Of a stretch of DNA of 64,000 nucleotides, positions 53,760 through 64,000 are shown piece after piece. Numbering within the stretch: position 1 is the stretch's first letter; the number at the start of each line of letters is the position of its first letter. Below the pieces are notes generated by a model, which saw nothing but the letters and a program-made list of their open reading frames with translations, did not search any database and was not told where the DNA came from. The position numbers and the translations under genes are program-made. Source of the DNA: Bigelowiella natans CCMP2755. Lineage: Eukaryota > Protista > Cercozoa. Location of the stretch: contig ADNK01002664.1 of assembly GCA_000320545.1 (NCBI GenBank), forward strand, positions 62,001 to 126,000, in the 5' to 3' direction.

Positions 53760-54857
53760 AATGATGGATGCCATGCTAGCATGTTGCAACATGCACAATG
53801 CTAGAATGTGGGTTCAACATTTCATGCACTTGTTGCTTCCGCTGAAATGTGAATAAAACATAGGCATGTTTCAGTCATTGACCGTTAGTTTTGCTAGATT
53901 GCCACAATGGCATGATCATGTTTGTGTGCATCTAGATGTCGTCGTAGCAAGTGACAAATGCAGTGAACGTGATGAAACACACATGCATGTCTAGATGTGG
54001 CCAGATGGCGCTAGATGCTGATCACAGACGACACAGCAACATGATCATGATGTTTGTGTCCTTTGCCTCAATGTTTGCCTTCACATCATTTTGGAAATGC
54101 AGTCTAGCAGTTTGTCATCATCATTCTAGCATTGTTCATTGTTCATTGTTCATTGTCAACCAACAAGGCACTTCGCGATTTCCGCAGTGACCATTTGCAT
54201 TTGTGCAACCTGGCAACCCAGCTAGCCAGCATCAACGTGACGGGGTGTCACCTGATTGCAAAACAACCACACACTTTGCTTCAAAAATTCGATGCATTGA
54301 CAATCATGAATGTCACTTTTCAAACAGCAACGAAGTGATCTCTGGGTGTTCCAGTGTTGCTGGTGTTGCGTGGTCATGACTCACCATCACAACCACGTCC
54401 TCTGGTCCTCAGTCGTGGAAAGCGACTCCACTTCGTTTCGTTGAACAAAAGTGCTGCGCACTCAATGCAAATGCACATGGCAATTGCACGTTGTCAATGA
54501 ACACGTTTGAAACAACTCTGACTGGCTGCTTCCATTCACTTGTTTCCGATGACAAAGTCGTGACCCACCCCACAGCACCACACAAACTGCTGCTGTTCTT
54601 GCTGAACGTTGACCCAACACAACCATGAATCAATGATCAATCGCCAACCAGAGGTGACTTTTGCCTCAACATTTGCTTTTTCCTCAATCAAACGCTTCAG
54701 ACGGGGAATGTCGTTGTGTGAGTTGCCATGCACTGCTTCGAAGATGTTGGACATCGTTGTTTCAGCGATGGTGGTGGACGGCACCACAATGCGACAATTG
54801 GAACAGTTTCCATCATTTGAAACACAGAAATGCATTTCCTTGTCGCAGAACCAAATT
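53760..54857. other. TpA-free island containing the ankyrin pseudogene
   Basis: 53947-54857 has five TAs by eye, all in CTAG, and 54225-54857 has none. CpG is still common. Confidence 0.9.
54040..54754 (-). pseudogene. Ankyrin-repeat gene remnant
   Basis: Minus-strand fragments MSNIFEAVHGNSHNDIPRLKRLIEEKANVEAK (ATG 54754), GDTP..LMLASW, AEIAKCLV and NDVKANIEAKDTN match the ankyrin consensus (G-TPL--A---GH-EIV--LL--GA-V-AKD). Frames are broken and no TA-containing codon remains outside CTAG. Confidence 0.75.
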
Positions 54858-55400
54858 TATCGACGATTTTTCTAAACGTTTTTTTCCTGATACACCTGCC
54901 CCGAGCGCCCACAAGCATTCGTGGTTCATTGCGAAATTTCCATTGGATTCAAATTCGGCCGAATGAATGCTCGGCTCAATGGGAGGCAGAAGAATTTGTA
55001 CGAACTCGTGAGATTCTCAGAAGCACCAAAATTGTCCCACAAAAAAAAAGCCAAACAGAGTCTGCAAAACACATGAGACGCACCATTTTCCTTGACGCAC
55101 CTGATGAGACGGAGATAGCGACATTCGGCATAGCGGCCGTCGTGCTCTCCTGGTTGCATTGAAGTGACTGGAAGCACACAGAGAAGATAGAACAAAAGAA
55201 GGCACTGACAGACGCTACAACAAAAGAAGCCTCGACTGTGCCAAAAGTTGTGCAGGTCAAGCTCTTCCTCGTAAAGAACTCGTAAAAAGGCGTGTACACA
55301 TCAGTATCTGCTGCACACCGGTCCTGCTGTTTGAGCTTCTCACAACTACCAAATCGAATGAGTAGACAAGGGAGGAGCAGATCTCTGATATATACTATCA

Positions 55401-57641
55401 ATGCCTAACAAAACATGGTCACATCATTTTGTGATTACCTTCTTGACGGTAGCTGCTTTGATGTCGCAATACCATAATTTGGAGGAACAACCTGCTGCTA
55501 GGAATGTGACGACGTATTCATCCCATCTCTCCTCTTCGGTTGAATGCAAACACCAGCGAAGTAGACACAGTCTAGGAAATCTTCACGAAAGGGTTTCTAC
55601 TGCACATACTGCAGCGACATCATCACCCGAAGCATCATTTAGACAACAACACCACATGTTGAAGAAAGATAGAAAAAGGGGGAAAAAGAAAAAGAGGAAG
55701 AAAAAGAAACGTGTATCACAGAAGAGGAAGGCATACAGATCAGACAAACTTCATTCTCAACAGGAACAGGAACAGCAACAGCATCAACGAATGAGACTGC
55801 ACCGGATTGAACAGGGCAAAGTATGTAACAATGAAGATGATTCTTGCAAAGATTACTCCTTCGGAGAGGCAAATGAGTTGCTGTTACCCAAACTAGATCA
55901 TGATGATGATGATGATGATGAGAGGTTAATTGAGACTGAAGCAGAAGAAAATGCTTTTGGCGGTGGTGACAAGTTCCGAGGATTACCTCCTCCTCCTCCT
56001 ACATTAGGAAGACTGAAGCAGATGCTGGATATAGAGGAGGCCGTTAACTTCTCCCAAATAGATGACGATGACGACGACGATGACGACGACAATGACGATG
56101 ACCACGACTCATCCAATTACTCAAAGCATTATAAAACAGATGCCACAAAAATATTTGGCAGTGAGAAACAGATGGCTACAAAAGCGATGAAGAGTGGTAT
56201 GCCTACTCCTACGACAAATCTACTACTATCTGATATCGGTGTGCAAGGAAGGCCACCCGTTGCTCATCCTCCTCCTCCTTTTCGTTTTGCTCCTCAATTT
56301 CTTGAAAGCAGTACTACTGCTTTCCAAGAGGATGATATGGTGATTAACGTAAAAGATCTCGAGGGGCTATTGTTTCCCGAACATGACAATATGACGCTGA
56401 ATGATAGACAAATATTAGCACGGCAGCTGATGGGAGGATTAGGAGGAGGAGGAGGAGATATTGATAAGGCCCACCTTAACAAGCTTCAAATGGTAAGAAA
56501 TAAGATGCACTTCTACTCACTACCCTCACTAATTCGTATTGTGTGTTATTATTATTATCGACGTATCCGTGGAAGATATTTGTGACAACCAAATTGAAGT
56601 GAATCCCTTCATGCAGTGATGAGAGTACTAAGGATATTAAACATGTTCTTTCTCCTTATTTTTTACTGCTACGAGTGCACCAAGGTTATGATTAAAGAGT
56701 ATTATACGAATGATTCTGTCGTATTATGCGGTATTAAATGTGAATGTAGGAAAGTATGCAAAGTCTCATGAAACTTTCCAAAACCATCATTAATGCAACA
56801 TTTCAAGGTAGAAGAACTTCGCTAATTTGAGAATTATTTGCCACCATAATCTTCATCATCGTCGTTGTTGTCATCATAATCATTGTTATGACGATTATTA
56901 AAAACCTGCAGGCTGGCATCAATGGCACAACACATCAAAAAAGGTAGTAGAAGATGGAACTTATTTTGTAGAAGAACAAACCACCATCTTTTATGCATAT
57001 ACATTTACATATGCAACTTATATTTTAATCCTTCACGCAATACATTCTGAAATTGCTTTTTTTCATACGATTAATATTATCATTCTTAGTTTGAAAAGAA
57101 TTTAATCCGGAAAATGATGGCAAATTGGGGCGACGTTGGTTGTAACGGTTTGTTGACTCTTCTTCTTCTTCAGTGTTATCATCTATCATACTTCCAATCG
57201 ATTCATTTTGACTTATTCAGTGTTATCTATCATCATATCTCCAATTGATTTATTTTGTCTTAATACTCTCCCAAAGCACTCAGCCTTTCAAATTCTACTG
57301 CATCATCATCATCATCATCATCGTTACCATTTCCAACGAGAAACCAAACGTTGCATACTCTCAAAGTACTGCTGCATCATCAAGTGTAGTAGAACATTAT
57401 TAGAAGAAATAGCTATAGCCAAGGCACTAATAGCAAAAGTAGTAATTTGGAGGCCTAGATTAAATGATATTATATTTTTAAAATATATTAGAAATGAGGA
57501 TGTGTACATAATTTAAATACGAAAACCATCTTCGTGATGAGATTAGACTTGGTTGTTGTTACATACACACCTGCATTGATAGCACAAGTATAATACACCA
57601 TTAGAGTACAGTTAGAAATGTAGCTTGTGGATTGGTAATAA

Positions 57642-57675
<34 letters not shown>

Positions 57676-58534
57676 GTCACACCTATTTATAATTAATTAT
57701 CTTTGTCGTACTACAACTTCTACGTGTAGGAGTTATTGCAACAGCAAAAACACAATCAAGTAGCATTTGAGGAATTCAGCGAGTTGTTCACTAACTTCTA
57801 GTAGAAGTAGTAGAGAAGTAGAACCAACAACGTTGTAGTTGCCTAATTTCTCTCTCTTTCTTCATTTGTGTTGATTCTGAAATTTAGAAACAACGCACAT
57901 AACATATACGAATTTGTACACAATATGGCTGCTACACATATAGAAATATCCCTAAATGCCTTACTTTACGGTAACTTCTATCTACTTTTACTACAGAACA
58001 TTTAAAATGTATTGTGCCGATATTGAAAGCTTTCTCGAAATGGAGGTGATTTATTTATATCATGACTGTGACACAATGTATGCGCTCATTCATCATAACG
58101 ATGCTAGCTTATAATGCTGCCGATAAAAATTATAAAATGATGTTATTAAGATTTGAGACATATATGGTGTAAGATAAATCATATGTAAAAGCCTTAATAG
58201 CCCTTACATAGTGCGTGGGTAGATATAGTAATCACAATGCATTATGATGAATCATTATTCATGGAGAATGCCAACATGACAACAAGTTCTCCAAGTAACT
58301 ATGAATTTGAATTTCTAATAATAAACAGGATGGCGTTGGATCTCTCAATGCATCATCTTATTCATCATCTGCACTAGAATTACATAGCAGAGAAAGACGA
58401 CCGATGATGGCCATATCCACCAAGAATAACGACAAAGTTAGGGACAAGACAGCAGCAGCAGCAGCAGCAGGATCCTCATTAGAAGAGTGGTGGAACCAGA
58501 ATATCGAAGATGAGGTAGTAGTAGCAGTAGTAGT

Positions 58535-58569
<35 letters not shown>

Positions 58570-58691
58570 CGTGCGAAGATTCTATTTAATTGGTTCATTT
58601 CCTCTTCAATTTCTGATTTAACATGAGATATTGATCTTATTCCTTCCTCTCCCTCCTTGTCTCCTACTGCCTTTTTTTGCCTCTTTTTCTT

Positions 58692-58724
<33 letters not shown>

Positions 58725-58925
58725 TTCGTTTTGTTCCAGATTCATCAGCCAGAAATGCATATAATCAAGCCAAAAGAAATTAGGGTATACTGCTGCTACT
58801 GCTACTAGTAGTATTACTACATCTAATTCTAGTGCTACCACTACTACTATATCTAACAGATTATACTATCTTCATTCTCTGCATCTTCCATCATATGTTA
58901 GGAATTGGCTCGGTTGAAACGGTAG
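55401..58925 (+). CDS. Uncharacterised multi-exon protein with N-terminal signal-peptide-like segment
   Basis: Long first exon (MPNKTWSHHFVITFLTVAALMSQY...). Small GT-AG exons follow (KYAKSHETFQTIINATFQ, FEKNLIRKMMANWGDVG, EHLKCIVPILKAFLEME, SLEEWWNQNIEDE, IHQPEMHIIKPKEIR, ELARLKR*). No family recognised. Confidence 0.6.
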
Positions 58926-59010
58926 CAATAAATGACTAATCAATGATTCGCAGAACATACGATAAGTGACAATAATATATAGATATTGTTCCGTAGTATC
59001 CTACTACTAT

Positions 59011-59042
<32 letters not shown>

Positions 59043-59620
59043 TCTTCACAGAAGATAATAGCTTATCAATATCTATCTAACCATCTAATCTGTTTAATAA
59101 ATTTATGTTTAATTTTGACAAATATGCTTTGCACTTTGTTTTTTTCTCTTTAAGATATATATTTATTAATGAAGGCTGATATTCTACTTCGACTACAGAT
59201 CGTTGCCTTTAGGCCCTCAATCTGATGACACACGGTGCTAATGCTGTAATGGCTATTTATAATATGATGACAACAAAAATGAGGACCATAGTCAGTCAGC
59301 CATGATAATAATAATGATGATAATAATAATAACAATAATGCCTATACGATAGTAGTAGTAGTAGTAGTTGTTGTTGTTGTTGTTGCTGTAGTAGTAATAG
59401 TAGTAGTAGGATATCTGACGATGCTTAATATCATGATGATGATGATGATGACAATGATGATATTGTTGGTGAGGGGGGTTTATAGAGATACGGATATGAT
59501 ACGGCACATTGGACCATATATAACAACAACTAATATATATCAGAAATGCTATAAGGACCTTGACTGATGACCTTTATAATCAAGTGAAAAGCAACAACAG
59601 TGTCACAGAGAAAATAATAT

Positions 59621-59653
<33 letters not shown>

Positions 59654-60338
59654 GAATGATGATGAGGATGTTCAAGTTTATAATAAGATATTTTTGTTCC
59701 AAACATTACTTCAATTAGTACGATAATCTTTTGTCTTCTCTTTCAATTTTTCCTCCTCTTCCTTATCATCCTCCTCCTCTTTCTCTTGGTTCTTCTCCGA
59801 AGAACTACAATGTATTATTAGAGCTTCTCCTTGCTGTCTTAACCAATATTATTCTTTTTCTCCTTCTTTCTTCTTGAAGGTGAAGCATATAGAGCAGAGG
59901 AATCTTTCTGTAAATCCGGAGATCCTGATGTCCCTGAACATGTATGTTGTTGCTGTTGTTGTTATTGTTCTGATACAACAGTAAATGGTGTTCCCATTGT
60001 AATGGATATTAACCATACAAATTGGGAGATGATGATACCACCCTACACATTATAAGTCTTACTGCCAAAAGTTACCTCCACAAAATACTTAGTTTAGTCG
60101 AATGGTTTGCCTGTAATATGATAAGAACACTTCCTGATCTCTAAAAGCAAACAATAAATCTGCCGGATTTCTTCTTCTTCTTGGTCTTCTCCCAGGTTAG
60201 ATAAACGATTGCCTCTTAACTATTCTGGAATCCAAGGAATGGAGAACATCGATGATAAAATGGTATTATTGCTACACTGCTATATTGCTCGGTTCGATCG
60301 TGTATTCTTGCCTTCAACGATACTGTATAATATCTAAT

Positions 60339-60380
<42 letters not shown>

Positions 60381-60829
60381 ACCAAGAAGTTTCAAAGTAG
60401 CATGTTGACACATGGTTTTTATAAGATCAATGCTTGGGAAAAAGAGGAGGCTTTATTGAAAAGAATGGACGAAGAAGAGCTGGTATTTATATTAACTAAC
60501 TTGAGATAATAAATTGATCGACTAATTTGCTCTTTATTACTCCGGGCAATCGGCGGTTTAGGTTAATGCTTACGGTGGTGGAGGTGAGCAAGAAGGCTCA
60601 CTGGACAACGACGTGATCACATATTTTAAATGATACTGAGTATTGTTTAATTGGTGGGCTGCACATTAAAGTCAAAAGGGTGCAATGTGTAGTAGTAGTA
60701 TCACGAGATTCAACTCACCACTGTGCAGTACTATTGCGATTTCGCTGTTAGCAACGATCCCAGCCATATGCTTGTTTATAATCGATGCAAACAGCCGGTA
60801 CATTTTGCATGCCTGGACCCATGACTAGC

Positions 60830-61470
60830 GTGATGAGCAGGTAGAGCGAAATCTGCCGTGCGAGAACATTCAGATGCATGATGTTCCTCCTCCTTCTCAT
60901 CTAATTGTGTGACGCAATTGAGCGTGTGAGCTGCATTTGCATGCCGCTATGCCATCATCTTGCACATGCTAGCATGTTGCATGTGTTTTCCAACTGACTT
61001 CGATGTGTCGCAAGTCAACATTTTTGATTTTTTCGATTCCACCTTCAAATCGAGCAACAAACAGCGCAGCGTCAAAACAGGCATTTTTGGCAATTGCTTC
61101 ATCGTGGGTTTTCGAATTTTGACACCCTTACAACGGTTGTGTTCAGGTTGCATGCTAGCATGCTGCCTTTGTTCGTTGCCTTGTCACAAGTTTGTATGCA
61201 ATGCTTGGCAATTTTGATTTGACACCAGTGACACGAGAGAATGGAAGGAAACCAAGATGTTTCAGCTGCACGCAACTCTTGTCAAGTCCTTGGACCATTT
61301 TTCTTCAAAATCAGACAAGGCAGCAGTTTCAATTCTTTCATGGTGATTTTCGAGATCTTTCTCATGTTGTTGTGTCCACAGTGAAATCCAATCTTTGGCC
61401 AATGAATTGGGCCACCATGCTAGCTAGCTAGCATGCCTTCCAAAAGGTTCAAAAAACGATTTTTCGTCGG
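60830..61470. other. TpA-depleted intergenic island
   Basis: ~61200-61420 has no TA. The remaining TAs are mostly CTAG or CTA/TAG half-sites. CA/TG-rich. Confidence 0.75.
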
Positions 61471-62187
61471 TGACATACACACAAAAAGGTGTAGAAGTCT
61501 TTCGTAGAACTCAATTCACATTTGGCGCCACGGCTTAGCATGAGCTACGATACAAGCTGCAAGATGCTGCTGGACACCCAGACCCAGTCTGATATACTGA
61601 CCAATTTTTATATTTTGACTATGTGACCAGCAGGTGTGCGTGCTGTTTTTGCAGTGTTCTAGCATTGTTGTCTGTCATCATTATTACCGCTGCACAGCAT
61701 GTGACAGGCTTAGCAGACTTAGCGTATATGCACGTGCAAACAATGCGCTGTGGGATGACCATTGAAAAAATTTAAACATTTCATTACACCCGTCTTGCAA
61801 TCCGCTGTGTAGGCATGTGATGTATCATACACAATATAATAACGCTAGCGCGTATTAATTGTACCCCATGTGATAATACGTGATAATAACCCTACAATAC
61901 TCAAATCGGCACATCATCACATAATCAACAAATCTATGGCGTTCTAAATCAACATTGCATGCACACATTTGGATGGGGTGTGCTTCTGTATGCTATTTTC
62001 CCACATCATTTCGCCATATCAGTTGCCGCAACTGGCTTTCATCAATACTCCTTCTCATTCGGTTTTTGACATTATGTGATGACTATTCTACAAGGCTCTA
62101 CTGCTGCTGCTGCTGCTGCTGCTGCTAATGGTAGACGCCTGTTTGTCATTACGTCCACATTCTTCCTCTTGCTATTTCCTGATCCAA

Positions 62188-62241
62188 TCATCGATCACTT
62201 GCTCGCTTTGTTCGGCTACGGGTCTTACCCATACCTAAAGA

Positions 62242-62280
<39 letters not shown>

Positions 62281-63558
62281 CACAATCTCCCATTCATCAT
62301 CATCATCAATATCCATCTCCCCTATCATCATCCCGTCATACGATTATCCCGTCATACTACGATTACATTTTTCCAAATGCGGAGCAAACTTTACTGATGT
62401 CACGGGACGCTAACCGACAATAAGGAGGAGGACATTAAGCACAAAGAAAGATGAATATGCAGATACGACGACGGAGAGAGAGTCATCATTATCATCAACA
62501 TCAGCATCATCATCATCATCATCATCCGCAACACTGAATCATATCATCATCTCCCCTTTCTTTTTTGTCTAAATTACCACCTGGCAATGATGACATTTAA
62601 AATGTTCTGATATGTTTTTTGGGTAGTTCCCGTAGATATCGGTGCGGGGTCGGTCTTTTAGTGATTATGTATACTTAAGAATAAACTTGACATAATGGAA
62701 ATGGTAATGATGATAAAATTGCAAGAGCACAAGCTTGAGGAACTAATGATAAAAATTATAATAATAGTAATAATAATAATAATGGCGGTGATGAGGGGTC
62801 TGGCTTAAAAGGGCCATCATCGATTTTTCCAAATTATATATTACACTTGATGAATTTGTTGAGATAATGCCGCTTATGTGCATCAAAGCACACGTCCAAA
62901 CACACCACCTCCACCAAAGAGTCAAAAACCTACGCAACAAAATGCTTCTAAAAACGAGGTCCGAAATTAAGACGACGCCTTCCTTCCCTCCCCTCCACCA
63001 ATAATTCCTTGATGAAGTAGTAGTAGTTGTTGTAGTAGTAGTAGTTGTAGTAGTAGTAGTAGAAGCCAAACCAAGAGAAGAAGGAAGGGTTTGCATAGCG
63101 CAAAACAACGACGACAAGCAAAATGCAGACAATAACATCGGCTTATGATGACAATGATAAAATCGTAGTAGTAGTAGTAGTAGTAGTAGTAGTACCAAAT
63201 CCAACATGCGGTTGGTTGAAATTCTTTTGTCCCTTTGATCCTCATCAGCAGTAGTAGTAGTAGTAGTAGTAGTAGTAGCATTTGCGCTCTCATCCATAGC
63301 TACTACTACTACTTCTTCGTCATTATCATCACCCTTTTTACTATCATCCTTGTTATCACTAGCACCATTATTATTCACTTCGCATTTCATGTCTTCCTCC
63401 GACGATTTAACTATCACATCTACCCGGTTGGTACTGTTATTTTCCTTGCTGTTGGCGTCTCTATTCACCAACTCCTTTTTCACTAAGTTTCCTGACAAAT
63501 TAATTTCTTTCTTTTTCTCATCGTGATTTTTGTTAGGTACAATCGTCTCAACGTCCAT
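62188..63558 (-). CDS. SGF11: SAGA deubiquitination-module subunit Sgf11 / ATXN7L3-like (5 exons)
   Basis: Spliced reading gives ...RMLDL|VFDSLVEVVCLDVCFDAHKRHYLNKFIK|YRPRTDIYGNYPKNISEHFKCHHCQ|RPVTSVKFAPHLEK|CMGKTRSRTKRASDR*. This contains the Sgf11 N-helix, a DI(Y/F)G motif and the C-x2-C...FAPHLEKCMG zinc finger. Confidence 0.9.
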
Positions 63559-64000
63559 TTATATAGCTTATTCTATTCCCAACGCTGTCCTTTTTACTTC
63601 GTTTATATATTTCTCAGTTTCTCCGTGTTTCCTTAAATGTGTTCTCCCTTCGAATTTTTAATAAGTAGATTCCTCTTAAAGACTTCTACTCAAAATGGGA
63701 TCAATTGAGGTGCAGTCAGTCCCTACTACACGTTGTTGTTTTCACAATCTTCTCGGCGGCTCGGCGGCTATTTGATTCCAGTATATAGAAGGTACTATTC
63801 CTTATTCCTCTTTTCTTTATTTCAAAGGAGGAAGTGGTAATGCGTAAAAGTCCTTAGTATTGTGTTGCCTAAACGTATTAATTCTTGCCAAATGTCGGTT
63901 GTTTTTCCTAAGTTCCCCTCTCGTCCATGTCGTGTACTGTTTATTTTCGCTGCTATGGGGGCTGCTTTCTTGCCAGTCTTGGGTTTGAGTCTTTCTGTTG

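Larger units (their letters stand above)
5800..63300. repeat. Pervasive microsatellites ((TAG/CTA)n, (GAT/CAT)n, (GAG/CTC)n, (GAA)n, (GT/CA)n, (GA/CT)n, (TA)n), mainly in introns and low-complexity exons
   Basis: Directly visible in most introns, e.g. (AT)n 8011-8050, (GA)n ~14889-14936, (GT)n 28411-28438. Confidence 0.97.

Noticed and set aside
59100-60420. Possible minus-strand coding fragments (e.g. LSNLGEDQEEEEIRQIYCLLLEIRK)
   Set aside because: I could not build a consistent exon chain or recognise a domain, and stops are frequent.
1-64000. tRNA, rRNA, transposase or reverse-transcriptase genes
   Set aside because: None recognised by eye. A heavily TA-mutated TE could be unrecognisable without back-mutation searches.

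Overview
Eukaryotic nuclear DNA from an intron- and microsatellite-rich protist. A signal+transit-like leader on a PDE327-like oxidoreductase suggests an alga with a secondary plastid (chlorarachniophyte-like; inference only). Genes reconstructed by eye: intronless mitochondrial Rieske Fe-S protein (-), HSL-family alpha/beta hydrolase (+), multi-exon FAD-dependent oxidoreductase (-), a ~16 kb Diaphanous-type formin with an MGCCASK lipidation motif (+), a divergent alpha-tubulin (+), an RNAi-type RNA-dependent RNA polymerase with a QDE-1-like GGDYDGD site (-) head-to-head with a large orphan coiled-coil gene that has a dsRBD-like N-terminus (+), an ankyrin-repeat pseudogene (-), an orphan signal-peptide protein (+) and SAGA subunit Sgf11 (-). 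The most striking unexplained signal is a set of intergenic islands (about 30.65-31.95, 33.9-35.0, 53.75-54.86 and 60.8-61.5 kb, partially 0-1.3 kb) in which TpA is almost erased except inside CTAG. In these islands CA/TG is enriched, CpG is retained, paired repeat copies differ at TA/TG and TA/CA, and an ankyrin pseudogene shows His/Cys where Tyr is plausible. This looks like a targeted A-to-G (T-to-C) hypermutation of repeats or pseudogenes, a mirror image of fungal RIP, with a simple one-strand context rule. Exon boundaries and dinucleotide counts are manual and need computational confirmation.
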